NCBI GenBank assembly: GCA_013820855.1
Contig: JACDHV010000001.1
Location: 1 to 43,911, forward strand
Source: Gemmatimonadales bacterium
GTDB lineage: Bacteria > Gemmatimonadota > Gemmatimonadetes > Gemmatimonadales > GWC2-71-9
Reading direction: 5' to 3'
DNA: 43,911 bases
Shown piece after piece: positions 25,246 through 36,726 of this stretch. The position numbers and the translations under genes were made by a program. The first letter of the stretch is position 1. Each line of letters starts with the position of its first letter. Under the pieces are notes generated by a model that saw only the letters and a list, made by a program, of their open reading frames with translations, was not told the origin of the DNA and made no database searches.

Positions 25246-25458
25246 GCGTTCCGATTGGGTTGGAAGGTGAAGGATAGTAGGGCCGTCGGCGGCGCCCCGG
25301 AAGTCGCGTCCGACGGGTGAGGGTGGTCACGGCGCCCGATCGCCTCGGAGAGTACCGTAAGGGGGCCGGCAAGAGCCGGTCGAATTCTTCATACAGTCGT
25401 CTCGCGATCCCGCCGCACGAGGCGGCTGGCGCGGTTCTCACCCGCCTGGGAGGCCGGT

Positions 25459-25608
25459 ATGCTCTGGACGATCTTCGTCATCCTGCTGGTGCTGTGGCTG
25501 CTGGGAATGGTGACGTCGTACACGCTCGGTGGGTTCATTCACATCCTGCTGGTCGTGGCCCTCGCCGTCATCCTGATCCGGGTGATCCAGGGCCGGCGGC
25601 CCATATGA
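25459..25608 (+). CDS. lmo0937-family small membrane protein (49 aa)
   Basis: Not in the ORF track because it is under 60 aa. ATG 25459 follows GGGAGG with a 5-nt spacer. The product MLWTIFVILLVLWLLGMVTSYTLGGFIHILLVVALAVILIRVIQGRRPI matches the characteristic MLWTI...VLWLLG...GG.IHILLV...GRR pattern. GC3 is high. Confidence 0.75.
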   Translation: MLWTIFVILLVLWLLGMVTSYTLGGFIHILLVVALAVILIRVIQGRRPI

Positions 25609-25826
25609 AGCCCGCCACGATCGTCGGGATCATCTTGATCGTGATCGGCGTCGTGGGTTTCGCCCTGGGCGGCTTTTCCTTCACCCAGAAGGAGAAGGTG
25701 GTCGACCTCGGTCCCATCGAGGCCACCGCCGACGACAAGAAGACGGTCCCGATTCCTCCACTGCTCGCCGGGCTGGCGCTGGTGGGCGGTCTGGTACTGG
25801 TCGTCACCAGCGCACGGAAAACCTGA
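25605..25826 (+). CDS. Small two-TM membrane protein (73 aa)
   Basis: ATG 25605 overlaps the upstream TGA (ATATGA). The product is MKPATIVGIILIVIGVVGFALGG...PLLAGLALVGGLVLVVTSARKT. The long track ORF 25317..25826 is rejected in favour of this internal start. Confidence 0.65.
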   Translation: MKPATIVGIILIVIGVVGFALGGFSFTQKEKVVDLGPIEATADDKKTVPIPPLLAGLALVGGLVLVVTSARKT

Positions 25827-25832
25827 CGACAA

Positions 25833-25862
25833 AAAGGCCGCGGGCATTCGCTCGCGGCCTTT
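25833..25862. terminator. Bidirectional hairpin terminator between convergent genes (10-bp stem, 10-nt loop)
   Basis: AAAGGCCGCG-ggcattcgct-CGCGGCCTTT. The flanking A-run and T-run give a U-tract on either strand. Confidence 0.6.
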
Positions 25863-25883
25863 CCAGGTTCACCCAGGCGCGGC

Positions 25884-27539
25884 TCAGTCGGTCGCGCTGC
25901 TGTCTGCCGCCGGAGTGCCGTCGCCGATCCAGGCCGGGCGGCCATCCTCGTCGCCACCGAGTTGTACCGGGGGCGGGGGTGCGCTGTCCGCCGGAATCAC
26001 GATGCCGTCGGCACCGAGCTCTCGAAACAGGTTCCACTGCGCCTGCCGGGCCGCCCAGGGGCGGCTTCCATTGTACATCAGCGTCACCAGCAGCACGCCG
26101 TTGGCCCCCCCGAGATAGCCGACCACCGTGGACACCTGACCCAGCGTGCCCGTCTTGGCCCGGACGACGCCCTCACCCGGAAAGCCGGTGTTGAGGCGTC
26201 GCAGGGTGCCGGTGCCGTTGGCCGGCAGCAGCTGGGGGAAGTTCTGGCCGGCGGCCGTGGCGGGAAACTTGGCGAGGTAGGCGATGAAGGCCGAGGGCGA
26301 GACCCGGTCGTCGTAGGACAACCCGCTTCCATCGGTCAGATAGACGCCTTCGCTCGAGCCGATGACGTCCAGCACGTGCCGGGTGAGCCGCTCGGGCGCC
26401 TTGTCCCGGCCACCGGCCCACTGCAGCAGCAGCTCGGCGCCGAGATTGAGACTCCGGCGGTTGATCTCGCTCGCGAGTGAATCCAGGGGAGCGGAGGCCA
26501 CTTCGGCCAGGATCTGCGGCTCGCCCTCCGGCGGCGCTCCGATGGTCGGCGCGCGGTTCCACGAGATCCCCGCGCGAGCGAGAGCGGAGCCCCATACCGC
26601 GTTGAGCACGACCTTGGGATTCGATGCCACCGCCGTGAGGCGCCGCGGTGAGGCTCGCACACCGATGGTTCCGGTGACGATCCAGCCGCCGTCCTGGCGA
26701 CGGCTGAGACCGAGACGCGTCCTCCGGCCCGCTTCCGTCGTTGCCGTGACGGTCACGAGCGAGGTGATGCCCTCGGGCGCCGTCTCCACCAGTCGCGCGC
26801 GGTGGCCGACCTTGGTGCCCGGGCGCACCGTGATCCAGACGATGTTCTCGTGAACCGTAAGCGGGCCGACCGGTGGCGCGAACAGCCGGCCCCGGTGGCG
26901 TTCCGACCACGCGGCCGGGTAGATGGCGGTTGCCGGCCCGTCGGCGCTCTGAACCTGCAGCGGGCCGTTGAGCTTCCGGATTCCCGCGCTCGCCAACTGG
27001 AGCGCCAGGTCATACAGCGTCGGACCCGAGCCCTGGGCCCGCTCGAGGGTCGGATCGCCGTTCAGCTCGAGGGCCCAGCTGCCCACCCATGCGCCGGTCT
27101 CCGGATCCACGCCACCCATGCCCACGACCCGGGTGGAGCGGCGCGCCGCACCACCCAGCACGCTGCGGGCGAACCCTGTTGTGAAAAGCTTGACGGTGGA
27201 GGCCGGCACCAGCGGCTGGTGCGGATTCACGCTCCAGAGCATGCTGCCGGTCTGGTCGGCGATGGCGACGCCCCACTGACCGGGCGCGCTCCGGGACGTG
27301 GTCTCGAACCATGTGGTCAGCTGCGCGGTGAGGGCGTCGGCGGATGCCTGCGCGGCCACCATGCGAGCGGGGACCAGAGACACGACGGCGAGGCCCAGCA
27401 CCGAAACGGAACGGCGGAACGACGAAGATGGCAAGTGCGATCCAGGTGCGATTGTTGGCAGCGTGCGAGAAAGTAGGGCGGTTCGGCCGGCTATGGCGGA
27501 CGAGCCACGAAGCGGCCCCGCGGCAATCTCTACGGTCAC
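25884..27539 (-). CDS. dacB: D-alanyl-D-alanine carboxypeptidase/endopeptidase, PBP4 (S13) family
   Basis: SxxK motif ASTVKLFT, SxN-region DGSGLS, and KTG motif AKTGTL. The signal peptide reads RRSVSVLGLAVVSLVPARMVAAQA. The start is uncertain: GTG 27539 or TTG 27435. Confidence 0.85.
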   Translation of the reverse strand: MTVEIAAGPLRGSSAIAGRTALLSRTLPTIAPGSHLPSSSFRRSVSVLGLAVVSLVPARMVAAQASADALTAQLTTWFETTSRSAPGQWGVAIADQTGSMLWSVNPHQPLVPASTVKLFTTGFARSVLGGAARRSTRVVGMGGVDPETGAWVGSWALELNGDPTLERAQGSGPTLYDLALQLASAGIRKLNGPLQVQSADGPATAIYPAAWSERHRGRLFAPPVGPLTVHENIVWITVRPGTKVGHRARLVETAPEGITSLVTVTATTEAGRRTRLGLSRRQDGGWIVTGTIGVRASPRRLTAVASNPKVVLNAVWGSALARAGISWNRAPTIGAPPEGEPQILAEVASAPLDSLASEINRRSLNLGAELLLQWAGGRDKAPERLTRHVLDVIGSSEGVYLTDGSGLSYDDRVSPSAFIAYLAKFPATAAGQNFPQLLPANGTGTLRRLNTGFPGEGVVRAKTGTLGQVSTVVGYLGGANGVLLVTLMYNGSRPWAARQAQWNLFRELGADGIVIPADSAPPPPVQLGGDEDGRPAWIGDGTPAADSSATD

Positions 27540-27785
27540 GACTGGATGTCAAACATAAACCCCGACCGGGCAGAGCCTTGTACCAATCGGCCCGATGCCG
27601 GCTCGCGCCCAGTGGCGGAGCGCGCCTGGGATGGGTCCACCGTGGAGCAAGTACCAGGCCGGGTGCCCGCCCCTCATCGGGTGAGCCAAGTCACGGCCCC
27701 GCATGGGGCTGCCGGGTACCGTCAGGGCAGGTCGCGGCTCGATGGCCGGGCCTTGGGTCACCAACGACGATGCAACGGAGGTTTC

Positions 27786-28271
27786 ATGTTACGTACTACC
27801 GCAGGTCTCGCCACGGCGGCGATGCTGTTCGGGACCCTGGCGTGCGCCGGCAACACGGCCGGCGGAGCGGACGAAACCGCGGCCGCCCAGGACACCAGCG
27901 AGGTTCAGACCCCCCCGGGTTACAGCGGGATGGAGCAGGATACCACCGGGACTCAGCACGAGCCGACCGCCGTGGACACGTTCCTCAACGAGCAGGGGAC
28001 CGGCGTGCCTACGGATACGATGGGGTACGGCGGCTTCGAGCAGCCCGACACGAGTGGCACCGCGGGTCAGGACACCGGCCAGACGGGTTGGAGCGACACG
28101 ACCGGCGCGACCGGCGTGGACACCTCCGGCATGACCGGGACCACTGATACCTCGGGACAGACCGGCTGGGATACGACCGGGCAGCAGAGCGGCTGGGATA
28201 CCACGGGGCAGCAGGGCACCATGGACACCACCGGACAACAGAGCGGGTGGGACACCACCGGCCAGCGGTGA
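27786..28271 (+). CDS. Probable lipoprotein, Thr/Gly/Gln/Asp-rich and low-complexity, with a C-terminal nonapeptide repeat
   Basis: ATG 27786 lies 5 nt after GGAGG. The signal peptide MLRTTAGLATAAMLFGTLAC ends in a lipobox-like TLAC. The long track ORF from 27546 is rejected. Confidence 0.7.
   Translation: MLRTTAGLATAAMLFGTLACAGNTAGGADETAAAQDTSEVQTPPGYSGMEQDTTGTQHEPTAVDTFLNEQGTGVPTDTMGYGGFEQPDTSGTAGQDTGQTGWSDTTGATGVDTSGMTGTTDTSGQTGWDTTGQQSGWDTTGQQGTMDTTGQQSGWDTTGQR
28164..28271 (+). repeat. 4 x 27-nt imperfect in-frame tandem repeat encoding (G/T)(W/M)DTTGQQ(S/G)
   Basis: The units are 28164-28190, 28191-28217, 28218-28244 and 28245-28271 (the last includes the stop). The DNA copies differ mostly at synonymous positions. 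Confidence 0.8.
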
Positions 28272-28317
28272 GTCGATAGCGCCAGGTGATGGGGTCGTCG
28301 ATTGGGTGACATTGGCG

Positions 28318-28354
28318 CGACGACGGGGGCACCGCAAGGGTGCCCCCGTCGTCG
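28318..28354. terminator. Perfect 16-bp GC-rich hairpin with a 5-nt loop, between convergent genes
   Basis: CGACGACGGGGGCACC-gcaag-GGTGCCCCCGTCGTCG, followed by TT. It lies between the 28271 stop (+) and the 28375 stop (-). Confidence 0.65.
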
Positions 28355-28374
28355 TTCGGCGTGCCACTCGGCCG

Positions 28375-29538
28375 CTATCGCAGCATGCCTTTCGCGATGG
28401 TCTGGAGCTGCATGTTGCTGGTCCCTTCGTAAATCGTTCCGATCTTGGCATCCCGGTAATACTTCTCGGCAGGGTATTCTTTCGAGTAGCCGTACCCCCC
28501 GAACAGCTCCAGGCAGTTGGACGTAGTCCGGTCCGCGACCTGGGAGCTGAAGAGCTTGGCCATGGCCGCCTGCTGCTGGAACGGCTGGCTGGCATCCTTG
28601 AGCCGGGCCGCGTTGTAGACCATGAGGCGCGCCGCCTCCAGATCGGTGGCCATCTGAGCCAATTGGAACTGCACGCCCTGAAACTCCGCGATAGGCTTGC
28701 CGAACTGCTGGCGCTCCTTCACGTACGCGGTGGCGGCCTCGAGCGCGCCGGCGCCCACGCCGATCATCTGCGCGCCGATGCCGATCCGACCCTCGTTCAG
28801 CGTTTCGATGGCGATCTTGTAGCCCTGCCCGACGGGCCCCAGCACGTTCTCGTCGGGCACGGAGCACTGCTCCAGGATCAGCTCGGTGGTGCTGGACGCT
28901 CGGATGCCCAGCTTGTCCTCCTTCTTGCCCACCGAGAATCCGGGGAAGTCCCGCTCCACGATGAACCCGGTGATCCCCTTGTACCCCTTGGCGAAGTCGG
29001 TATTGGCGAAGACGATGAACAGGCCCGCCTCGGCGCCGTTGGTGATCCAGAACTTCCGTCCGGTCAACTCCCAGTGATCGCCCCGGCGCTCGGCCCTGGT
29101 GGCCAGCGCGAACGCGTCGCTGCCGCTGCCGGGCTCCGAGAGCGCGAAGGCGCCGAGCAGGCCCGAGGTGAGCCGAGGGAAGAGGCGCTCGTGCTGCTCG
29201 GGATTGGCCCAGCGGAGCAGCGCGTTGTTGACCAGGGTGTTGTGCACGTCGACGTAGATGGCCGCCGAGGCGTCGACCCGGGCCAGCTCTTCGATGGCGA
29301 GGACCGCCATGAAGATGGAGCCCCCGGCGCCCCCGAGAGTTTCCGGCACCTCGATGCCCATGAGGCCGAGCTCGAAGAACTTGGGGATCAGCGAGGGCTC
29401 GAACCGTGCCGCTTCGTCCATGGCCCGGACCAGCGGCCGCACCTCGGACTCGGCGAACTCCCTGACGGCGTCGCGGAACATGCTCTCTTCCTCGGACAGC
29501 ATGGTCAGCGCGGGAGTGGCCGTGCGGAGGTCCTGCAT
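28375..29538 (-). CDS. Acyl-CoA dehydrogenase (short/branched-chain type)
   Basis: 387-aa protein with the ACAD signatures ALSEPGSGSD, KFWITNG, QQFGKPIAEFQGVQFQLA and the catalytic-region IYEGTSN. Confidence 0.9.
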   Translation of the reverse strand: MQDLRTATPALTMLSEEESMFRDAVREFAESEVRPLVRAMDEAARFEPSLIPKFFELGLMGIEVPETLGGAGGSIFMAVLAIEELARVDASAAIYVDVHNTLVNNALLRWANPEQHERLFPRLTSGLLGAFALSEPGSGSDAFALATRAERRGDHWELTGRKFWITNGAEAGLFIVFANTDFAKGYKGITGFIVERDFPGFSVGKKEDKLGIRASSTTELILEQCSVPDENVLGPVGQGYKIAIETLNEGRIGIGAQMIGVGAGALEAATAYVKERQQFGKPIAEFQGVQFQLAQMATDLEAARLMVYNAARLKDASQPFQQQAAMAKLFSSQVADRTTSNCLELFGGYGYSKEYPAEKYYRDAKIGTIYEGTSNMQLQTIAKGMLR

Positions 29539-29568
29539 GCGGAGGGCTCCGAAGGTGCGGGAGGGAGG

Positions 29569-31443
29569 TCAGGTGCGGGGAGTATACTCCCGGGCGGTGG
29601 CTGGTTCAATCGGAGCCCCGGCCAGCACCTCGAGAGCGACCGGCACTCTGCCCATGGGCGCGGAGACCTGCACCCCCTGCACCCGCTCGGCCACGGCGCC
29701 GAGCATCTCGCGCGAGATCCGCACACCCTCCGCCAGGGCGGCCTCCTTTCCCAGGGCGCTGGCACATCGCATCCGGTCGAGCACGGAGTCGGGTACCGAT
29801 ACCCCGGGTACTTCGTTGGCGAGGAACTCGGCGTTGCGGAGTGAGACCAGCGGCCAGATGCCCGCGACGACCGGGATGCGGAACGACTCGACCCGCGCGA
29901 GAAACCGGTCGAGCTGCGCGAGGTCGAACACCGGCTGGGTGATGGCGAACTCCGCCCCGGCCTCCACCTTCCAGGCGAATCTCCGAAGCTCCCGGTCGAG
30001 GTCGTGCGCGGCCGGATTCACGCCGACTCCCACGACGAACCGGGTCGGCTGTCCGATCGGGTTGCCGCCGGGATCGAGCCCCCGGTTGAGCCGCGACACC
30101 AGGTTTGCGAGCCCGATGCTGTCGATATCGAACACCGCGGTCGCCTCCGGATAGGGCCCCATCTTCGGCGGATCGCCGGTGACGATGAGGAGGTTCCGGA
30201 TTCCGGCCGCGGCTGCGCCCAACAGGTCCGACAGCATGCCCAGCAGATTCCGGTCCCGGCAGGCGTAGTGCACCACCGTCTCGATGCCGACCTCACGCTC
30301 GATCATCAGGGCGGAGAGCAGCGCGCCCATGCGGCTCTGCGCCCGCGGTCCGTCGGGCACGTTGACGGCGTCCACCCCGGCTTCCTTCAGCTGCCGGACC
30401 TGCTCGAACATGGGTCCGGGATCGACGCCTTTCGGTGGTACGATCTCGACGGTGGTGATGAACCGGCCCTCCGACAGCTTGGCTCCGAGCCGGGAGCGCT
30501 CGGCCAGGGGAACCGGGTCCACCGCGGTCGCCGGCAGTGGTGCCGCCGCGACCGTCGAGCCGTGCCTCGGCGACACGCTGTGCACGAACCCGACGATCGC
30601 GCGGATGTGCTCCGGCGTCGTGCCGCAGCATCCGCCGACGAAGCGGGCGCCCGCCTCGACGATGCGACGGGCGTAGCTCGCCATGTATTCGGGCGACGCC
30701 ATGTAGATCTTGCGGTCGCCGACTTCGCGGGGCAGGCCGGCGTTCGGCTGCGCCGACAGCGGCACGGTCACCACCTTGGCGAGCTTCTCGATGGCCTCGA
30801 GCACCCCATGGGGACCCACGCTGCAGTTGACGCCGATCACGTCGGCGCCCATCGCGGCGAGCGTGGGCCCGAAGACCAGGGGGTCGGTGCCGTAGTGCGT
30901 CTTCCCGTCGGTGCCCACGGTCATCTGGGCGATCACCGGCAGGTCGCACTGCTCGCGCACCGCCGCCAGCGCCGCACCCAGCTCGCTGACGTCGCTGAAG
31001 GTCTCGAGGATGAACCCGTCCACCCCGCCGGCGAGCAGGCCCCGGACCTGCCGGCCGAACACGTGCCGGGCGTCGTCCACCGACATCTCGCCGAAGGGCT
31101 CGATCCTCACGCCCAGCGGCCCGATTGCGCCGACGACGGCGGCGCGCTCGCCGGCCGCCTCCCGCGCGATCCCGGCGGCCACCGAGTTGATGCGCTCGAC
31201 GTCGGCGGCGAGGCCATGGGTGGCCAGCTTCACCGGGTTGGCGCCGAAGGTGTTGGTCTCCAGCAGCTCCGCGCCGGCACGGACGTACTCCCGGTGGATC
31301 TCCTTCACCAGGTCCGGCTGCTTCAGGTTCAGCTCGTCGTAGCAGACGTTGAGGAACACTCCGCGGCCGTAGAGCATGGTGCCCATGGCGCCGTCGGCCA
31401 CATGGACCCGGCCGTCGGACAGGAGATCCCGGAGGGTGCGCAT
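29569..31443 (-). CDS. Bifunctional homocysteine S-methyltransferase / 5,10-methylenetetrahydrofolate reductase (YitJ-like fusion)
   Basis: The N-terminal Hcy-binding domain has DGAMGTML and the zinc Cys motifs GVNCSVGP and [11 protein letters not shown]. The C-terminal domain is MTHFR (MetF). Its ATG directly abuts the metH TAG. Confidence 0.85.
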   Translation of the reverse strand: MRTLRDLLSDGRVHVADGAMGTMLYGRGVFLNVCYDELNLKQPDLVKEIHREYVRAGAELLETNTFGANPVKLATHGLAADVERINSVAAGIAREAAGERAAVVGAIGPLGVRIEPFGEMSVDDARHVFGRQVRGLLAGGVDGFILETFSDVSELGAALAAVREQCDLPVIAQMTVGTDGKTHYGTDPLVFGPTLAAMGADVIGVNCSVGPHGVLEAIEKLAKVVTVPLSAQPNAGLPREVGDRKIYMASPEYMASYARRIVEAGARFVGGCCGTTPEHIRAIVGFVHSVSPRHGSTVAAAPLPATAVDPVPLAERSRLGAKLSEGRFITTVEIVPPKGVDPGPMFEQVRQLKEAGVDAVNVPDGPRAQSRMGALLSALMIEREVGIETVVHYACRDRNLLGMLSDLLGAAAAGIRNLLIVTGDPPKMGPYPEATAVFDIDSIGLANLVSRLNRGLDPGGNPIGQPTRFVVGVGVNPAAHDLDRELRRFAWKVEAGAEFAITQPVFDLAQLDRFLARVESFRIPVVAGIWPLVSLRNAEFLANEVPGVSVPDSVLDRMRCASALGKEAALAEGVRISREMLGAVAERVQGVQVSAPMGRVPVALEVLAGAPIEPATAREYTPRT

Positions 31444-35232
<3,789 letters not shown>

Positions 35233-35385
35233 GAGGGTCCTCCCTACGAAAATTCCCCGGGCCAAAACGCCACGGGGCAAGCGTTTTAGCGGATTGTTTT
35301 ACGTGGCCGCAAGCAGCGCAAATCGCCACGGAATCGATTGTCGTACTCCCTCAACCTAACGGGATTGGCAGGGCCGACAAGTGGG

Positions 35386-35682
35386 TCAGACCCCCAGCCG
35401 CCTCGCCGCCGCCTCCGCCGATATGCCGGTCACCTCCACCAGCTTGGCTCGGCCCGTGCTACCCGTCACCAGATCGATCGCCGAGCGGGGAACCTTCAAT
35501 CGCCGGGCGAGGAAGCCGACGAGCGCCGCGTTGGCCGCGCCGTCCACCGGCGGGGCGGTGAGCCGCACACGAATCGCGCCGTCCGCCAATCCCGCCAGCT
35601 CCTCCCGCGACGCCCGCGGCTGGACCCGAAGCCTGAGCCGCACCCCGGTGGCTGTCGGTGAGATGGGCGGCAAAGATCTCAC
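35386..35682 (-). CDS. yggU: DUF167 (YggU) family protein
   Basis: 98-aa protein with LRVQPRASREEL...IRVRLTAPPVDGAANAALVGFLARRLKVPRSAIDLVTGSTGRAKLVEV, the canonical DUF167 pattern. GTG 35682 forms a GTGA overlap with the yggT stop. Confidence 0.75.
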   Translation of the reverse strand: MRSLPPISPTATGVRLRLRVQPRASREELAGLADGAIRVRLTAPPVDGAANAALVGFLARRLKVPRSAIDLVTGSTGRAKLVEVTGISAEAAARRLGV

Positions 35683-36254
35683 AGCATGCCGAGCACCAGG
35701 CCTCTGGCCAGCCAGAGCACCAGCCAGGCCACCATCGGGCTGAAGTCGAGGAAGCCGGTCGGCGGGAGGAGCCGGCGGACCGGCCGGATGATCCAGTCGG
35801 TGAGCAGCACCAGCGGGCGCATCCAGGGCCGGTGCTCGGAGACGCCGAACCACGACGCGATCACCCGGATGAAGAGCGCGGCCATGACCACCGTGAACGC
35901 CCAGCTCACCAGCAGCCTGATCCAGTCCCTGGGCCCGGCGCTCCCCAGGGCGGTGAGGGTCGCGGCCATCCCGGTGAGCCAGTTGGTCAGGCTGAGCAGG
36001 AGCAGCCCGCCCAGGATCACGATCCCGACCAGCCAGAGCGGCGCGTCCTGCGGACTTCCCCCGAACCGGATCACCCTGCGCTCCAGGGGCAGAAGCACCG
36101 GATCGCTCACCCGCCTGACCAGCCTGGGCCAGCCGCCGAAGGGCCCGATCCTGCGCCGCCGTACCGCCCAATGGGTCAGGGCGACGATGGAGGCGTAGGC
36201 CAGGGCGGCCACTACGATGCCGCGGGCGATACCGTCGAGGGTGAGAGCGGGCAC
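35679..36254 (-). CDS. yggT: YggT-family integral membrane protein (two YGGT repeats)
   Basis: 191-aa protein with four TM segments. Its size matches E. coli YggT, and the conserved yggT-yggU gene order is present. Confidence 0.75.
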   Translation of the reverse strand: MPALTLDGIARGIVVAALAYASIVALTHWAVRRRRIGPFGGWPRLVRRVSDPVLLPLERRVIRFGGSPQDAPLWLVGIVILGGLLLLSLTNWLTGMAATLTALGSAGPRDWIRLLVSWAFTVVMAALFIRVIASWFGVSEHRPWMRPLVLLTDWIIRPVRRLLPPTGFLDFSPMVAWLVLWLARGLVLGML

Positions 36255-36273
36255 GTTGCCGGAAGCGGTGGGG

Positions 36274-36726
36274 CTAGTACGCCGCGCCGCCGACCTGAAC
36301 CGGCCGCTGCGCCCCGTTCCGCGAGGTGCACATCAGGGTAAATCGGCCGGCGTTGATGGAGGCCTCCTCGAGGATGTGGCTGTCGCCGCGGCAGGAGGTT
36401 ATCTGGCGATCGTCCGCTTGTCGAAACTGCACGGTGACCACGGGCTCTCGGTTGACGTTGACGAGATGACGGGCGGTGGTGGGGGTCAGGCTGTCTACGC
36501 CGAGCTGGCGCAGCGAGGATGCGGGCCGGCCCCGATGCGAGCCGCGATAGTCGACCGCCCGGTCCACCAGGTCGAGGACTTCCCGGCCGAGTGTCTCCGC
36601 GTCGAGCCTGTCGGCCGGAAGGCTCGCCTTCGACAACGGAGCCGCGCTCCGGGGGCTGTCGTCCTCACCGCACGCCGCGCCCAGGCAGAGGAGTGCCAGA
36701 ACCCGCCAGTAGCGGGGAGCCTTCAT
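36274..36726 (-). CDS. Secreted protein or possible lipoprotein (150 aa), unknown function
   Basis: ATG 36726 forms an ATGA overlap with the desaturase stop. The signal peptide MKAPRYWRVLALLCLGAACG is followed by two further Cys (ITSCRG, LMCTS) in the mature part. Confidence 0.6.
   Translation of the reverse strand: MKAPRYWRVLALLCLGAACGEDDSPRSAAPLSKASLPADRLDAETLGREVLDLVDRAVDYRGSHRGRPASSLRQLGVDSLTPTTARHLVNVNREPVVTVQFRQADDRQITSCRGDSHILEEASINAGRFTLMCTSRNGAQRPVQVGGAAY

Noticed and set aside
23428-25441. ORFs 23428..24798 (+) and 24107..25441 (-) overlap the OPT gene.
   Set aside because: These are charged, low-complexity shadow frames. The OPT frame is a coherent 730-aa polytopic transporter.
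25317-25826. A 169-aa ORF spans the small-protein locus.
   Set aside because: Its first 96 codons are Arg/Gly/Pro/His-rich with no RBS, and they overlap a much better 49-codon lmo0937-type ORF in another frame. Only the C-terminal 73 codons, from ATG 25605, look genuine.
27546-27785. This is an N-terminal extension of the lipoprotein ORF. It also bears a passing resemblance to glycine-riboswitch (CACCGtGGAGCAA) or SRP RNA segments.
   Set aside because: The extension has no RBS and an implausible composition. The riboswitch and SRP resemblances are limited to a few nucleotides, lack the other conserved cores (GGAGAG/CUCAGGCAAAAGGAC for the riboswitch, GGAAGCAGCC for SRP) and are in the wrong genomic context.
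35233-35385. A possible SAM, SAH or cobalamin riboswitch upstream of metH.
   Set aside because: I could not find the conserved cores of SAM-I, SAM-II/V, SAM-IV, SAM-SAH, SAH (GAGGAGCG...CAGGCUCGG...AACGGCGCUCAC) or the B12 box. It is kept only as a low-interest unclassified leader.
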